Positions 7,250 to 18,491 are shown, counted from the stretch's first letter. The stretch is DNA of 64,000 nucleotides from Candidatus Omnitrophota bacterium (GCA_029261065.1 JAJDCB010000026.1:82715-146714), one strand, 5' to 3'. Numbers and translations are program-made. Notes: generated from the sequence alone by a model not told the origin.

Positions 7250-9397
7250 ATGGGATCAAGTTCAAGGATTAAGGATTTAACTAGTAAAGGAGATTTTGAT
7301 ATGTCTGATTTGACAGGTTTTCAAATGGTGCCGGATTATTACGCGGAAAATGTTTTTAGTTTTAAGGCGATGAAAAATTATCTTTCCCCGAAAGCCTATA
7401 AATCTTTAACGGAAACAATAAAAAAAGCCGGCAAACTAGATCCAAGCATTGCCGATGAAGTTGCTGATGCTATGAAAATTTGGGCGATCTCAAAGGGTGC
7501 CACTCATTTTACGCATTGGTTTCAACCTCTTACAGGTGCAACAGCAGAAAAACACGATTCTTTTATCAAACCCGACGGAGAAGGAAGTGTTGTTTTAGAA
7601 TTTTCAGGCGAAGCCCTTATTCAAGGTGAGCCAGATGCTTCTAGTTTTCCTTCCGGTGGTTTAAGACCAACTTTTGAGGCCCGTGGTTACACAGGCTGGG
7701 ATCCAACCTCTCCTGCTTTTATTAAGGAAGGCGTTAAGGGTTCGACACTTTGTATTCCAACTTATTTCGTTGGATGGAATGGTGAAGCGTTAGATAAAAA
7801 AACACCATTGCTTCGTTCTATGAAAGCTTTATCAAAACAGATTGATCGATTAGCCAAAGTATTAAATATTAAGGCGACAATTCCTTCTTATGCAACGTTG
7901 GGTGGCGAACAAGAATACTTTTTAATTGATCGCGAATTTTATTATCGACGTATTGATATTATCCAAACAGGAAGAACGCTTTTTGGTAAGGAGCCGGCCA
8001 AGCATCAACAAATGGCGGATCATTATTTTGGAGCTATTAAGACACGAGTCATTGCTTTTATGGAAGATTTGGATAAAGAGATGTGGAGATTAGGAGCTCC
8101 TGTCACAACACGTCACAATGAAGTTTCCCCAGGACAATATGAAGTGGCTCCTATTTTTGAAAATCAAAATTTAGGTGTTGATCATAATATGCTTTGTATG
8201 GAAGTCATGCAAAAGGTTGCCGAGCGTCATGGTTTGGCATGTTTGTTGCATGAAAAACCATTTGCAGGTGTTAATGGTTCTGGAAAACATAATAACTGGT
8301 CCGTGTCTGGACCTGATGGAAAAAATTGGTTGTCGCCAGGAGAAAGTCCTCATGAAAATGAAAGATTTCTCGTCATGGTTGCCGCTATTATCAAAGCCGT
8401 CGATGAATACGCGGATCTTCTTCGTATGACAATCGCCTCGGCTGGAAACGATCATCGTTTAGGTTCTCATGAAGCGCCACCTGCGATTGTTTCTGTTTAT
8501 TTAGGTGAGCAGTTAACAGATATTTTTGAACAAATTGAAAAAGGATCGTCAACAAGAAGTTCAAAACAAGGTGGAACGCTCGAGTTGGGTGTGGATTCTT
8601 TACCACCTCTTCCAAGACACGCTTCGGACCGTAATAGAACTTCTCCTTTTGCTTTTACGGGAGCTAAGTTTGAATTTCGTGCGGTAGGATCAGGTGCAAG
8701 TTTATCGGGACCAAACATTGCCATCAATACAATTGTTGCTGAGGCCGTTTCTTCGATTTGTGACGAGCTTGAAAAAGTGGGCAAAGATAAAAAAACACTT
8801 AACAAGGCTGTTCAAAAAGTCCTTCAAGACATTATTAAAAAACATAAAAAGGTTATCTTTAATGGAGATAATTATACTGAGGCTTGGGTGAAAGAAGCCA
8901 AAAAGCGTGGGCTTCCTAATTTGAAAACAACGCCAGAAGCTCTTGCCGTTATGCAAGAGGCGAGGATCGTTAAGTTGTTTGAAAAGCACCGCGTTTTAAG
9001 CAAAAAAGAATTAGAGTCTCGTTATGGTGTTTACTCAGAAATATATCAAACGATTATTAAATATGAGGCAGATCTTTCCGTTGAAATGGCTCGGACTCTT
9101 ATTATTCCTGTTGCTTTGGAGTATTCTTCAAACTTGGCAGAGACGATTAAGTCTGTTGAAGGTGTGAGTAAAACAAAATCAACAGAGAGTAGAGGTATAT
9201 TAAAAGAAGTTTCCTCCCTTACTGAGAAAGCGATTGGTGCCGCAGCTAAACTAGAAAAAGCCGCTGTAGGTAGCTCCACATCAAAAGTTAAATCATCAAT
9301 GGCTGATTTACGTAAAACTGTTGATGCTCTTGAAGGACTTGTGCCAGCTGAAATTTGGCCACTTCCTTCTTATGCAGAGATGTTGTTTATTTCGTAA
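7250..9397 (+). CDS. glnA: Glutamine synthetase type III
   Basis: 715 aa; [66 protein letters not shown]. Confidence 0.97.
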   Translation: MGSSSRIKDLTSKGDFDMSDLTGFQMVPDYYAENVFSFKAMKNYLSPKAYKSLTETIKKAGKLDPSIADEVADAMKIWAISKGATHFTHWFQPLTGATAEKHDSFIKPDGEGSVVLEFSGEALIQGEPDASSFPSGGLRPTFEARGYTGWDPTSPAFIKEGVKGSTLCIPTYFVGWNGEALDKKTPLLRSMKALSKQIDRLAKVLNIKATIPSYATLGGEQEYFLIDREFYYRRIDIIQTGRTLFGKEPAKHQQMADHYFGAIKTRVIAFMEDLDKEMWRLGAPVTTRHNEVSPGQYEVAPIFENQNLGVDHNMLCMEVMQKVAERHGLACLLHEKPFAGVNGSGKHNNWSVSGPDGKNWLSPGESPHENERFLVMVAAIIKAVDEYADLLRMTIASAGNDHRLGSHEAPPAIVSVYLGEQLTDIFEQIEKGSSTRSSKQGGTLELGVDSLPPLPRHASDRNRTSPFAFTGAKFEFRAVGSGASLSGPNIAINTIVAEAVSSICDELEKVGKDKKTLNKAVQKVLQDIIKKHKKVIFNGDNYTEAWVKEAKKRGLPNLKTTPEALAVMQEARIVKLFEKHRVLSKKELESRYGVYSEIYQTIIKYEADLSVEMARTLIIPVALEYSSNLAETIKSVEGVSKTKSTESRGILKEVSSLTEKAIGAAAKLEKAAVGSSTSKVKSSMADLRKTVDALEGLVPAEIWPLPSYAEMLFIS

Positions 9398-9414
9398 TTA
9401 TTATTACGATTATT

Positions 9415-9472
9415 GGATTCCCACTTTCGAGGGAATGACAGGCCCGGTGTCATTCCCTCGATAGAGGGAATC
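9415..9472. repeat. REP pair, TGTCATTCCC family
   Basis: ggattcccactttcgagggaatgaca-ggcccgg-tgtcattccctcgatagagggaatc. Confidence 0.85.
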
Positions 9473-9481
9473 TTTATATTT

Positions 9482-10204
9482 ATGATCCTTTTCCTCAAAC
9501 ACATTAACATCGAAGGCCCTGAAACCCTTGGCGATTTTTTTGTTAATCAAGGCAAAGACATTCGTGTTCTTGATTTGCATCATGGCCATCATCTCCCAAA
9601 GGATTTAACCGATATTGAGGCTGTTATCTGTTTGGGTGGTCCGATGAATGTTTATGAAGAAGATAAATATCCTTTTCTTAAAGCAGAGAATGAGTTTATC
9701 AAAGATGTTTTAGAACTAGAAATTCCTTTTTTGGGAATTTGTTTAGGCTCGCAGTTGTTAGCAAAGGCATGTGAAGCTTCGGTTGTACGTTCAGCAAACG
9801 AAGAAATAGGTTTTTCTCACGTTGCTTTAACAGAAAAAGGAAAACAAGATCCTTTATTTCATTTAGTTCCCCTTGAGGTTTTTGTTTTCCAGTGGCATGG
9901 GGATATGTTTGAGCTTTCTCATACAGGATCTTTGTTAGCATCATCACAACAGTGTCCTCATCAGGCTTTTCGTGTGGGACGTTGTGCGTATGGCATACAA
10001 TTTCATATTGAGATAACAGATAAAAGTATTCGGGAATGGTCTGAAGCGTATTTTGATCAAGGTAACGAACAAATGTTATTTAAAAAAATGTCTATGTTAA
10101 AAGAATATGATCGAAAAAAAGAATTGTTTAATGAGACAGCTCAAGCGATTTACGGAAATTTTTTACGAGTTATTGAACAAAGAGTAGAACAAATAATATC
10201 TTAA
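9482..10204 (+). CDS. Class I glutamine amidotransferase (GMP-synthase-like GATase1)
   Basis: LGGPMNVYEE, LGICLGSQL, QWHGDMF, GIQFHIE triad; start moved to 9482 because the upstream extension is REP sequence. Confidence 0.9.
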   Translation: MILFLKHINIEGPETLGDFFVNQGKDIRVLDLHHGHHLPKDLTDIEAVICLGGPMNVYEEDKYPFLKAENEFIKDVLELEIPFLGICLGSQLLAKACEASVVRSANEEIGFSHVALTEKGKQDPLFHLVPLEVFVFQWHGDMFELSHTGSLLASSQQCPHQAFRVGRCAYGIQFHIEITDKSIREWSEAYFDQGNEQMLFKKMSMLKEYDRKKELFNETAQAIYGNFLRVIEQRVEQIIS

Positions 10205-10242
10205 AAATTTTTTGTGTTTAAATGCACAAAAATAAGGCAAAC

Positions 10243-11871
10243 ATGCGAATAGTATTAGCCCAACTAAATCCAACTGTCGGTGATCTTTCAGGAAATGCGT
10301 TAAAGGTTATCGAATCCATTAAGCAAGCAAAGTCAGAACAGGCAGATCTCGTTGTGTTTCCTGAGCTTGTGATTTGCGGTTATCCCCCAGAGGATTTGTT
10401 ATATAAAGATCATTTTATTAAAGACAATTTGAAAGCGTTAAAAGATATAGGAAAGAAAACGAAAGAGATCACGGCTATTATTGGTCTTGTTGATCAGGAT
10501 AAGGACAAGTGTATTTATAATGCCGCTGCCGTTTATACAGACGGGGTATTAAAAGGCGTTTATCATAAACAAGAGTTACCGAACTATGGTGTTTTTGATG
10601 AAAAGCGTTATTTCCAAAAAGGAAAAAAAGATAGTTGTTTTATGATTAACGGTATTAAGGTGGGCATTAATATTTGTGAAGATATCTGGATTGATAAGGG
10701 TGTTTATCATAGACAATCTCAAAAAGGAGCCAAATTTTTAATTAACATTTCATCTTCTCCTTATAACGTAGGAAAATTCCGTCAGCGTGAAAAGTTAATT
10801 ACAGAACGAGCGAAACAAACAAAAAAGTATGTTTGTTATGTCAATTTGGTTGGAGGTCAGGATGAACTTGTTTTTGATGGAGGAAGTTTATGTGTTAATC
10901 CTAAGGGTCAAATAGTGGCACGAGCGGCAAGCTTTAAGGAAGGCTTTGTTTGCGTTGATCTTGAATTAGGAAAGAAGGGGGCATTAAAAAAGAAATCCAT
11001 TTATCATTCAAAGATTAAAGCTGGAACACAAACAGAGAGAATTTATAAGGCTCTTGTTTTGGGTGTGCATGATTATATTCAAAAAAATGGATTTCAAAAG
11101 GTTTTAATCGGATTAAGCGGTGGGATAGATTCGGCTCTTGTTGCGGCAATTGCGGTTGCAGCATTGGGAAAGAAGAACGTTATAGGAGTATCTATGCCAT
11201 CAAAATATAATTCTCAAGGAACTCAAGACGATGCGAAACAACTTGCTCAAAATTTAGGCATTGAATTTAAAGAAATTGCAATTGAGGGAATGGTTTGTTC
11301 TTACGAAGAAACATTAAAGGAAGAGTTTAAGGGGTTACCTGCTAATTTTACCGAGGAAAACATTCAGGCCCGTATTCGTGGAAATATCCTGATGGCTTTA
11401 TCGAATAAATTTGGCTGGTTAGTTTTAACAACGGGTAACAAAAGTGAACTCGCAGTTGGGTATTGTACATTGTATGGAGATATGTCTGGAGGGTTTGCTG
11501 TTATTAAAGACGTACCAAAAACGAAAGTTTATGAGCTGGCAAATTTTATCAACAGCCAAGAAAAGATACTAATTCCACAAAGTATTATAGATCGAGCCCC
11601 TTCAGCCGAGCTAAGGGAAAACCAAAAAGATCAGGATTCTTTGCCAGATTACGACGTTTTGGATGATATTTTGGGGAGTTATATTGAAGATCATAAGTCT
11701 ATTAAAACAATGTCCAAAAAGAATAAAGCCGACATTGTTAAGGATGTGGTAAGAAAGGTTGATTTAAACGAGTACAAGCGGCGACAGGCCCCTGTAGGCA
11801 TTAAAATAACCCCTCGAGCCTTTGGCCGCGATTGGCGTTTACCGATTACTAATAACTACAAAGAGTTATAG
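10243..11871 (+). CDS. nadE: Glutamine-dependent NAD+ synthetase
   Basis: Nitrilase domain (FPEL..CGYPPEDL, LPNYGVFDEKRYF, ICEDIW) plus GLSGGIDS, ENIQARIRG, TTGNKSE; alternative start 10222. Confidence 0.96.
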   Translation: MRIVLAQLNPTVGDLSGNALKVIESIKQAKSEQADLVVFPELVICGYPPEDLLYKDHFIKDNLKALKDIGKKTKEITAIIGLVDQDKDKCIYNAAAVYTDGVLKGVYHKQELPNYGVFDEKRYFQKGKKDSCFMINGIKVGINICEDIWIDKGVYHRQSQKGAKFLINISSSPYNVGKFRQREKLITERAKQTKKYVCYVNLVGGQDELVFDGGSLCVNPKGQIVARAASFKEGFVCVDLELGKKGALKKKSIYHSKIKAGTQTERIYKALVLGVHDYIQKNGFQKVLIGLSGGIDSALVAAIAVAALGKKNVIGVSMPSKYNSQGTQDDAKQLAQNLGIEFKEIAIEGMVCSYEETLKEEFKGLPANFTEENIQARIRGNILMALSNKFGWLVLTTGNKSELAVGYCTLYGDMSGGFAVIKDVPKTKVYELANFINSQEKILIPQSIIDRAPSAELRENQKDQDSLPDYDVLDDILGSYIEDHKSIKTMSKKNKADIVKDVVRKVDLNEYKRRQAPVGIKITPRAFGRDWRLPITNNYKEL

Positions 11872-12040
11872 TGGGGTAGAGAAGTTAGTCCTTTTTTGGG
11901 GATTTGGCTGGGTATAAGTTCGAAGAGTTGTATAACTAATAAGGCCAACGGCTTTCGATTTAGACGAAAAAATTTTAGGGTTGCAAAATTTGATATTTTA
12001 TGTAAAATGGTTACGCATTTGAAAGTTCAAACAGCCGAAT

Positions 12041-12057
12041 TGCATAATTTATATGCA
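12041..12057. promoter_or_regulatory. NtrC-box-like 17-bp palindrome (candidate operator)
   Basis: TGCATAATTTATATGCA (TGCA-N9-TGCA) downstream of TTGCAA-16-TAAAAT at 11981-12008. Confidence 0.5.
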
Positions 12058-12169
12058 GGGGAATTCAATTAATAAGTAGTATACCTGCTAATTGATTTTG
12101 CCTACCCTCCTTTTAGGATTTAAGTTTTGAGCCAAATCACGTCTTAACCCAACAATTGGGGAGAAAAAT

Positions 12170-12391
12170 ATGGATATCAATCACAAGATAGAGAGTTCGT
12201 TTATTAATTTGGAGAAGGGGAAAATTTATAAAACGATTATCAGTGACACTGAGAAAATCCTAATTGAAAAAGCGTTAAGAAAAACACACGGAAATCAAAT
12301 TTTAGCAGCGAGAATCTTGGGATTAAATCGAAATACCATTCGATCCAAGATCAAGAAGCTTAGCATTGACATGGAGAGTTTTAAAGAATGA
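12170..12391 (+). CDS. Stand-alone Fis/NtrC-family HTH protein
   Basis: EKILIEKALRKTHGNQILAARILGLNRNTIRSKIKKL; ATGA overlap with gltB. Confidence 0.9.
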   Translation: MDINHKIESSFINLEKGKIYKTIISDTEKILIEKALRKTHGNQILAARILGLNRNTIRSKIKKLSIDMESFKE

Positions 12392-15300
12392 GTCACGCCT
12401 TTTATCCACCCAAACAAGGTCTTTATGACCCAAATTTTGAGCATGATAGTTGCGGTGTTGGATTTATTTGCAATATTAAAGGAAATAAATCCCATAGCAT
12501 TGTAAGACATGGTCTTAAAATTTTAGAGAATTTAACGCATCGTGGTGCCTGTGGTTGCGATCCTGAAACAGGAGATGGCGCTGGAATCATTTTCCAGATG
12601 CCTGATAAATTTTTACGTAAAGAATGCGAGAAACTAAACATCGAATTACCTGCCGAGGGTGATTATGGGTGTGGTATCGTTTTTCTCCCACCTAATTTAG
12701 AAGAACGTAATCAGATTGAAGAATGGACAGAGATTCTTATTCATGAAGAAGGACAAAAGTTTTTAGGATGGAGAGAAGTTCCCCATGACAGCTCTAAAAT
12801 TGGAGTGGTTGCAAGATCTGTCGAACCGGAGTTTAAGCAATTATTTATCGCCCGTGGAGCTGAGACATCTCAAGAAGAATTTGAACGTAAACTTTATGTC
12901 ATTCGCAAACGTCTTTATAACGCCGTCCAAGCATCAACCCTAGCCCAAAGAAGTTATTATTATTTTTGTAGTTTATCAAGCCGAACCATTGTTTATAAGG
13001 GTCAACTTATGGCCGAACAATTGGATCGTTTTTTTACCGACCTATCAGACCATGATTTTGTTTCAGCCCTTTCCATGGTTCATTCCCGATATAGTACCAA
13101 CACATTTCCTAGCTGGGCGCTTTCGCATCCTTATCGAATTATTGCGCATAATGGCGAGATTAATACGTTGCGAGGAAATATCAATTGGATGCATGCTCGT
13201 GAAATGCAGTTTGTCTCCGAAGCTTTTGGTGAAGACATTAAAAAGGTTTTGCCTATTGTTGTTCCTCATGGAAGTGACTCAGCAACGTTTGACAATGCCT
13301 TAGAGATGCTTGTTTTATCAGGCCGATCGTTACCGCATGCCATGATGATGATGGTTCCAGAGGCTTGGAGTGGTCATGAGAGTATGGATCAAGAGAAAAA
13401 AGATTTCTATGAATATCATTCCTGTTTGATGGAACCTTGGGATGGTCCAGCTTCAATTGGTTTTACAGATGGTCGATACATCGGTGCTGTTTTGGATCGT
13501 AATGGATTACGCCCATCACGTTACTGGGAAGTTAAAGATGATTTGGTTATTATGGCTTCAGAGGCGGGTGTTCTTCAAATTAAACCTGAAAATGTTGTCC
13601 GAAAAGGACGACTAGAACCAGGTAAGATGTTTTTAATTGATACGGTTGAAGGTCGTATTATTGACGATGCTGAATTAAAAAGTACGTACGCGAAACAACA
13701 GCCTTATGGACGTTGGTTAAAAGAACAGGTTGTTGATATCAAAGATTTATCGCAGCCAGGTAAGGTATTAGGCCTTAATGAAAAAACATTACTCGAGCGT
13801 CAGCGTGTGTTTGGCTACACTATTGAAGATATCAAATTGTTATTATCTCCTATGGCTCTTAACGGTATAGAAGCCACAGGTTCTATGGGTGATGATACGC
13901 CTCTCGCTGTTTTAAGTCGCCGTCCCCAATTACTCTACAATTATTTCAAACAACTTTTTGCGCAAGTTACAAATCCACCCATTGACCCGATTCGAGAAGA
14001 AGTCGTCATGGCGGAAGATGTTATGCTCGGTGCTGAAGGTAATCTGTTAGATGAAACGCCCGAACATTGTCAACGTTTAAGACTGTCCAAGCCGATTATT
14101 ACGAATGAAGAATTGGAAAAAATTTGTCACGTCAATAAGGGACGTTTAAAATCAAAAAAATTATCGATGGTTTTTAAAGCCGAAGATTCCAATCAAGGGC
14201 TGGCCGCGGCTTTAGAGGATCTTTTTAAACAAGCAGATAAAGCGATTGAAGAGGGTTATTCTATTTTAATTTTGTCTGACAGAAAAGCCAATAAGGGTAA
14301 TATCCCAATGCCTTCTTTGTTAGCCTGTGCTGGTTTGCATCATCATCTTATTTTACAGGGTAGCCGCATAAAGGTGAGTATTGTTCTGGAATCTGGAGAA
14401 GCGCGCGAGATGCATCATTTTGCTGTTTTAATTGGTTATGGAGCGAATGCGATTAATCCTTATTTAGCGTTTGAAACATTAGAAAGTGAAATTAACAAAG
14501 GTTCTATTGAAGGGTTGTCATTTGATGACGCTCAAAAGAATTATATTAAATCCACACGTAAGGGTTTGTTTAAAGTCATTTCTAAAATGGGGATATCAAC
14601 CATTCAGTCTTATTGTGGTGCTCAAATTTTTGAAGCCATTGGATTGAATAAAAAGTTGATCAATAAATATTTTACAGCTACACCATCTCGTATTGGTGGT
14701 ATTGGTGTTGAAGAGGTTGCTGAGGAGATGATACGTCGTCATCAGAATGCTTATCCAGAAGGGAATGCGTATGATGAGATGTTAGATCAGGGTGGGTCCT
14801 ATGCCTGGAGAAAAGAAGGCGAGCATCATCAACTTAATCCGCAGACAATTGCTATGTTGCAGCATTCTGTTCGTTCGGGTGATTTTAAATTGTATAAAAA
14901 ATATGCAGCTCTGGTTAATCAGCAACAAACAAATTTAGCAAACATTCGTGGTTTATTAAAGTTTAAAAAAGGAAAACCTATTCCTATTGAAGAGGTCGAA
15001 CCTGCCTCAGAGATCGTTAAACGCTTTGCAACAGGGGCCATGAGTTATGGGTCAATTTCTAAAGAAGCACATGAGACACTTGCTATTGCAATGAATCGTT
15101 TGGGAGGTTTTTCAAATACAGGAGAAGGTGGTGAGGACTCAGATAGATTTAAGAAAGATCCTAATGGCGATTGGCGACGGAGTCGTATTAAGCAGGTCGC
15201 TCAAGGGCGTTTTGGTGTTACGATCGAATATTTAGTTAATGCCGATCAACATCAAATTAAAATGGCACAAGGCGCTAAGCCAGGTGAAGGGGGACAACTT

Positions 15301-16944
15301 CCCGGACATAAGGTGAGTCAAGAAATTGCAGATACACGTCACACGACACCCGGTGTAGGTCTTATTTCGCCACCACCGCATCACGATATTTATTCAATTG
15401 AAGATTTAGCGCAACTTATTCATGATCTGAAAAACGCAAATCGACGTGCAGATATAAGCGTCAAGCTTGTTTCAGAAATCGGTGTAGGAACGGTTGCCGC
15501 TGGTGTTTCTAAAGGAAAAGCAGATCACTTATTAATTAGTGGGTATGAAGGTGGGACAGGAGCTTCTCCGCAAACATCGATTAAGCATGCAGGTTTACCC
15601 ATGGAATTAGGAATTGCTGAGACACAACAAGTTCTTGTAATGAATGATTTGCGTGGTCGTATTCGAGTTCAAACAGATGGTCAGCTAAAAACGGGACGGG
15701 ATGTTTGTATTGCGACAATGTTGGGTGCTGATGAATTTGGTTTCTCAACGATAGCTCTTGTAACCATGGGCTGTATTTTACTTCGCAAGTGCCATTTAAA
15801 TACATGCTCTGTTGGAATTGCAACACAAGATAAAAGTTTAAGAAAGAAATTTGAAGGACAAGCGGATTATGTGGTTAACTTTTTTACCTTTGTTGCCGAA
15901 GAAGTTCGTGAATATATGGCAGAATTAGGTTTTCGTAAATTTGAAGAGATGACTGGCCGTGTTGATATGTTAGAAACGCAAGAAGTTCTTAATCACTGGA
16001 AGGCAAAGGGGCTTGATTTAACGCGTATTTTACATAAACCCGATGTTCCTAAAGATGTTGCCATTCGTCATATGGGCTCGCAAGATCATGGTTTAGAAAA
16101 TGCCTTAGATAATAAATTAATTGAAAGTTGTAAAGATGCGATTGCTAATAAAACTAAAATTAATTTTGTCAGCCAAATTATAAATATTAATCGTACGGTT
16201 GGAACGATGTTAAGTAGTGAAGTTGCTCGCAAATACGGTTTAGCAGGCTTGCCTGAAGATACTATCAATATTAAATTTCAAGGAACGGCAGGTCAAAGTT
16301 TCGGCGCATTTTTATCACGTGGAGTTACCTTTACTTTAGAAGGCGATGCCAATGATTACGTCGGTAAGGGCTTATCTGGTGGGAAATTAATTCTTTATCC
16401 GCAGGAAGGTTCTAGTTTTGTCCCTGAAGAAAATATTATCATTGGGAATGTTGTCTTGTATGGTGCTATTTGTGGTGAGGCCTACTTTAGAGGGATTGCA
16501 GGCGAAAGATTTTGTGTTCGTAATAGTGGGGCGCATACTGTTGTTGAAGGCATTGGTGATCATGGTTGTGAATATATGACGGGAGGGCGTGTTGTTATTT
16601 TGGGTGAGACAGGTCGAAATTTTGCAGCTGGTATGAGTGGCGGAATTGCTTACATTTGGGACAGGAATGGTGATTTTAAAGCGCATTGTAATATGGGTAT
16701 GGTTGAGCTTTTTGATGTTGAGGCCGATAAGGACAAAGATGAGTTACGTCAATTAATAGAAAATCATTATAAGTACACGCAAAGCACGGTCGCTAAAGGC
16801 ATATTAGATAATTGGAATACCGTTTTACCTCAATTTGTTAAGGTTTATCCAACGGATTATCGTCGTGTTGTTGAAGAGGCAGCTAAGCTTGAAGAACACG
16901 TAGAAGATGTGTCTTCTGAGGAATTGGTGCCGGACGCAAATTAG
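12388..16944 (+). CDS. gltB: Glutamate synthase large subunit
   Basis: EHDSCGVGF, HSRYSTNT, HNGEINT, EPWDGPA, KMAQGAKPGEGGQLPG, 3Fe-4S Cys motif, GXGXG C-terminal domain. Confidence 0.98.
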   Translation: MSHAFYPPKQGLYDPNFEHDSCGVGFICNIKGNKSHSIVRHGLKILENLTHRGACGCDPETGDGAGIIFQMPDKFLRKECEKLNIELPAEGDYGCGIVFLPPNLEERNQIEEWTEILIHEEGQKFLGWREVPHDSSKIGVVARSVEPEFKQLFIARGAETSQEEFERKLYVIRKRLYNAVQASTLAQRSYYYFCSLSSRTIVYKGQLMAEQLDRFFTDLSDHDFVSALSMVHSRYSTNTFPSWALSHPYRIIAHNGEINTLRGNINWMHAREMQFVSEAFGEDIKKVLPIVVPHGSDSATFDNALEMLVLSGRSLPHAMMMMVPEAWSGHESMDQEKKDFYEYHSCLMEPWDGPASIGFTDGRYIGAVLDRNGLRPSRYWEVKDDLVIMASEAGVLQIKPENVVRKGRLEPGKMFLIDTVEGRIIDDAELKSTYAKQQPYGRWLKEQVVDIKDLSQPGKVLGLNEKTLLERQRVFGYTIEDIKLLLSPMALNGIEATGSMGDDTPLAVLSRRPQLLYNYFKQLFAQVTNPPIDPIREEVVMAEDVMLGAEGNLLDETPEHCQRLRLSKPIITNEELEKICHVNKGRLKSKKLSMVFKAEDSNQGLAAALEDLFKQADKAIEEGYSILILSDRKANKGNIPMPSLLACAGLHHHLILQGSRIKVSIVLESGEAREMHHFAVLIGYGANAINPYLAFETLESEINKGSIEGLSFDDAQKNYIKSTRKGLFKVISKMGISTIQSYCGAQIFEAIGLNKKLINKYFTATPSRIGGIGVEEVAEEMIRRHQNAYPEGNAYDEMLDQGGSYAWRKEGEHHQLNPQTIAMLQHSVRSGDFKLYKKYAALVNQQQTNLANIRGLLKFKKGKPIPIEEVEPASEIVKRFATGAMSYGSISKEAHETLAIAMNRLGGFSNTGEGGEDSDRFKKDPNGDWRRSRIKQVAQGRFGVTIEYLVNADQHQIKMAQGAKPGEGGQLPGHKVSQEIADTRHTTPGVGLISPPPHHDIYSIEDLAQLIHDLKNANRRADISVKLVSEIGVGTVAAGVSKGKADHLLISGYEGGTGASPQTSIKHAGLPMELGIAETQQVLVMNDLRGRIRVQTDGQLKTGRDVCIATMLGADEFGFSTIALVTMGCILLRKCHLNTCSVGIATQDKSLRKKFEGQADYVVNFFTFVAEEVREYMAELGFRKFEEMTGRVDMLETQEVLNHWKAKGLDLTRILHKPDVPKDVAIRHMGSQDHGLENALDNKLIESCKDAIANKTKINFVSQIININRTVGTMLSSEVARKYGLAGLPEDTINIKFQGTAGQSFGAFLSRGVTFTLEGDANDYVGKGLSGGKLILYPQEGSSFVPEENIIIGNVVLYGAICGEAYFRGIAGERFCVRNSGAHTVVEGIGDHGCEYMTGGRVVILGETGRNFAAGMSGGIAYIWDRNGDFKAHCNMGMVELFDVEADKDKDELRQLIENHYKYTQSTVAKGILDNWNTVLPQFVKVYPTDYRRVVEEAAKLEEHVEDVSSEELVPDAN

Positions 16945-17001
16945 CCCGTCGTCTCTGGACGCCGAGGTTTGTTGTTACAATTAAGGCAAATAAGAGCCGC
17001 T

Positions 17002-17028
17002 TGTCATCCAGGACTTGATCCGGGATCT
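17002..17028 (+). repeat. Variant TGTCAT-type REP
   Basis: tgtcatccaggacttgatccgggatct between gltB and gltD. Confidence 0.6.
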
Positions 17029-17048
17029 AAAATTTAGGAGCTAAACAC

Positions 17049-18491
17049 GTGGGTGATGTTACTGGATTTATGAAGTTTCCGCGAGAAGATTTTGAGAAAG
17101 AAGCTGTAGACTCTCGCAAGAAACATTGGAAAGAATTTTATAAAGAGATGCCTGTCGATACGTTAAAGACACAAGGCGCTCGTTGTATGGACTGTGGTGT
17201 TCCTTTTTGTCAGGAAGGTTGTCCTATTGGAAATATTATTCCTGATTGGAACGATCTTATTTATCGTGATCGTTGGAAAGAAGCTATCGAGCGTCTTTCA
17301 AAAACAAATAACTTTCCTGAATTTACAGGACGTGTTTGTCCCGCTCCTTGTGAAAATTCATGCGTCTTGGCTATTAATAATCCTGCTGTGACGATAAAAA
17401 ATATTGAAGTTTCTATTGTTGAAAAAGCTTACCAAGAAGGATGGCTTAAACCACAAGTACCTAAACATCGCACAGGAAAAAAAGTGGCCGTTATTGGTTC
17501 AGGACCGTCTGGGTTAGCCTGCGCAGATCAATTGAATAAAGAAGGTCACACTGTAATTGTTTATGAAAAGAATGAATATTTAGGTGGTTTGTTAACGCTA
17601 GGTATTCCGGATTTTAAAATGGAGAAGTGGGTTGTTGAGCGTCGGTTAAAGCGGATGGAAAAAGAAGGTATTAAATTTAAAACAAAGGTGTGTGTAGGTA
17701 AAGATATTTTGGCAAGAGAACTAAGAGATACTTATGATGCTGTTGTTTTATGTGGTGGCGCTGAACAGCCACGAGATTTACCGGTTGAGGGTCGAGAATT
17801 AGATGGCGTTCATTTTGCGATGGATTTTTTAACACAACAAAATCGAAGCAGTTTAGGACAGAAAATCGACGTTGCTAAGCGTATATCGGCTGAAGGAAAA
17901 AATGTTGTTGTCCTAGGGGGAGGAGATACAGGATCAGATTGTATTGGAACTTCGAACCGTCAAGGCGCTTTAAGTGTTAAAAATTTTGAATTGATGCCAC
18001 AACCTCCAAAAGAGCGTGCCTTTGATAATCCTTGGCCGAATTGGGCTTTTGTGGAAAGATCGTCAACATCTCATGAAGAGGGAGTTGAGCGCGATTATGC
18101 AATCATGACTAAGAAACTTACGGGTGAAGATGGAAAGGTAAAAAAATTACATGGCATTCGATTAGAGTTTGGAGAAAAAGATCCTCAGACAGGAAGAAGA
18201 CCTATGAAAGAAATTGCTGGGTCCGAATTTGAAATTGATGCTGATCTTGTTCTTTTGGCGATGGGGTTTCTTGGCCCAGTTAAAAATGGAATGCTTACGG
18301 ATTTTGGTGTAGAGTTAGATGAACGCGGCAACGTAAAATCAGATGAAAATAAAATGACAAGTATTCCAGGTGTCTTTACAGCAGGAGATATGACACGTGG
18401 TCAGTCTTTAGTTGTTTGGGCCATTCAAGAAGGACGTGCTGCTGCACAAGGTGTTGGTCAATATCTTATATCAGCACAGGTGGATGTTTAG
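17049..18491 (+). CDS. gltD: Glutamate synthase small subunit
   Basis: RCMDCGVPFC..GCP, TNNFPEFTGRVCPAPCE, GSGPSG, GGGDTGSDC, GQSLVVWAI.EGR. Confidence 0.97.
   Translation: MGDVTGFMKFPREDFEKEAVDSRKKHWKEFYKEMPVDTLKTQGARCMDCGVPFCQEGCPIGNIIPDWNDLIYRDRWKEAIERLSKTNNFPEFTGRVCPAPCENSCVLAINNPAVTIKNIEVSIVEKAYQEGWLKPQVPKHRTGKKVAVIGSGPSGLACADQLNKEGHTVIVYEKNEYLGGLLTLGIPDFKMEKWVVERRLKRMEKEGIKFKTKVCVGKDILARELRDTYDAVVLCGGAEQPRDLPVEGRELDGVHFAMDFLTQQNRSSLGQKIDVAKRISAEGKNVVVLGGGDTGSDCIGTSNRQGALSVKNFELMPQPPKERAFDNPWPNWAFVERSSTSHEEGVERDYAIMTKKLTGEDGKVKKLHGIRLEFGEKDPQTGRRPMKEIAGSEFEIDADLVLLAMGFLGPVKNGMLTDFGVELDERGNVKSDENKMTSIPGVFTAGDMTRGQSLVVWAIQEGRAAAQGVGQYLISAQVDV

Noticed and set aside
9413-9481. N-terminal extensions in the ORF track for GATase1 (also purF, rpe, rsmI, mutM, V-ATPase B and D)
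   Set aside because: Extensions are repeat or overlapping sequence; family N-terminal motifs define later starts
12018-12031. tttg-AAAGTT-caaa as an ANTAR hairpin before the HTH-gltB operon
   Set aside because: Closing pair is G-C rather than C-G, and there is no second hexaloop or overlapping terminator
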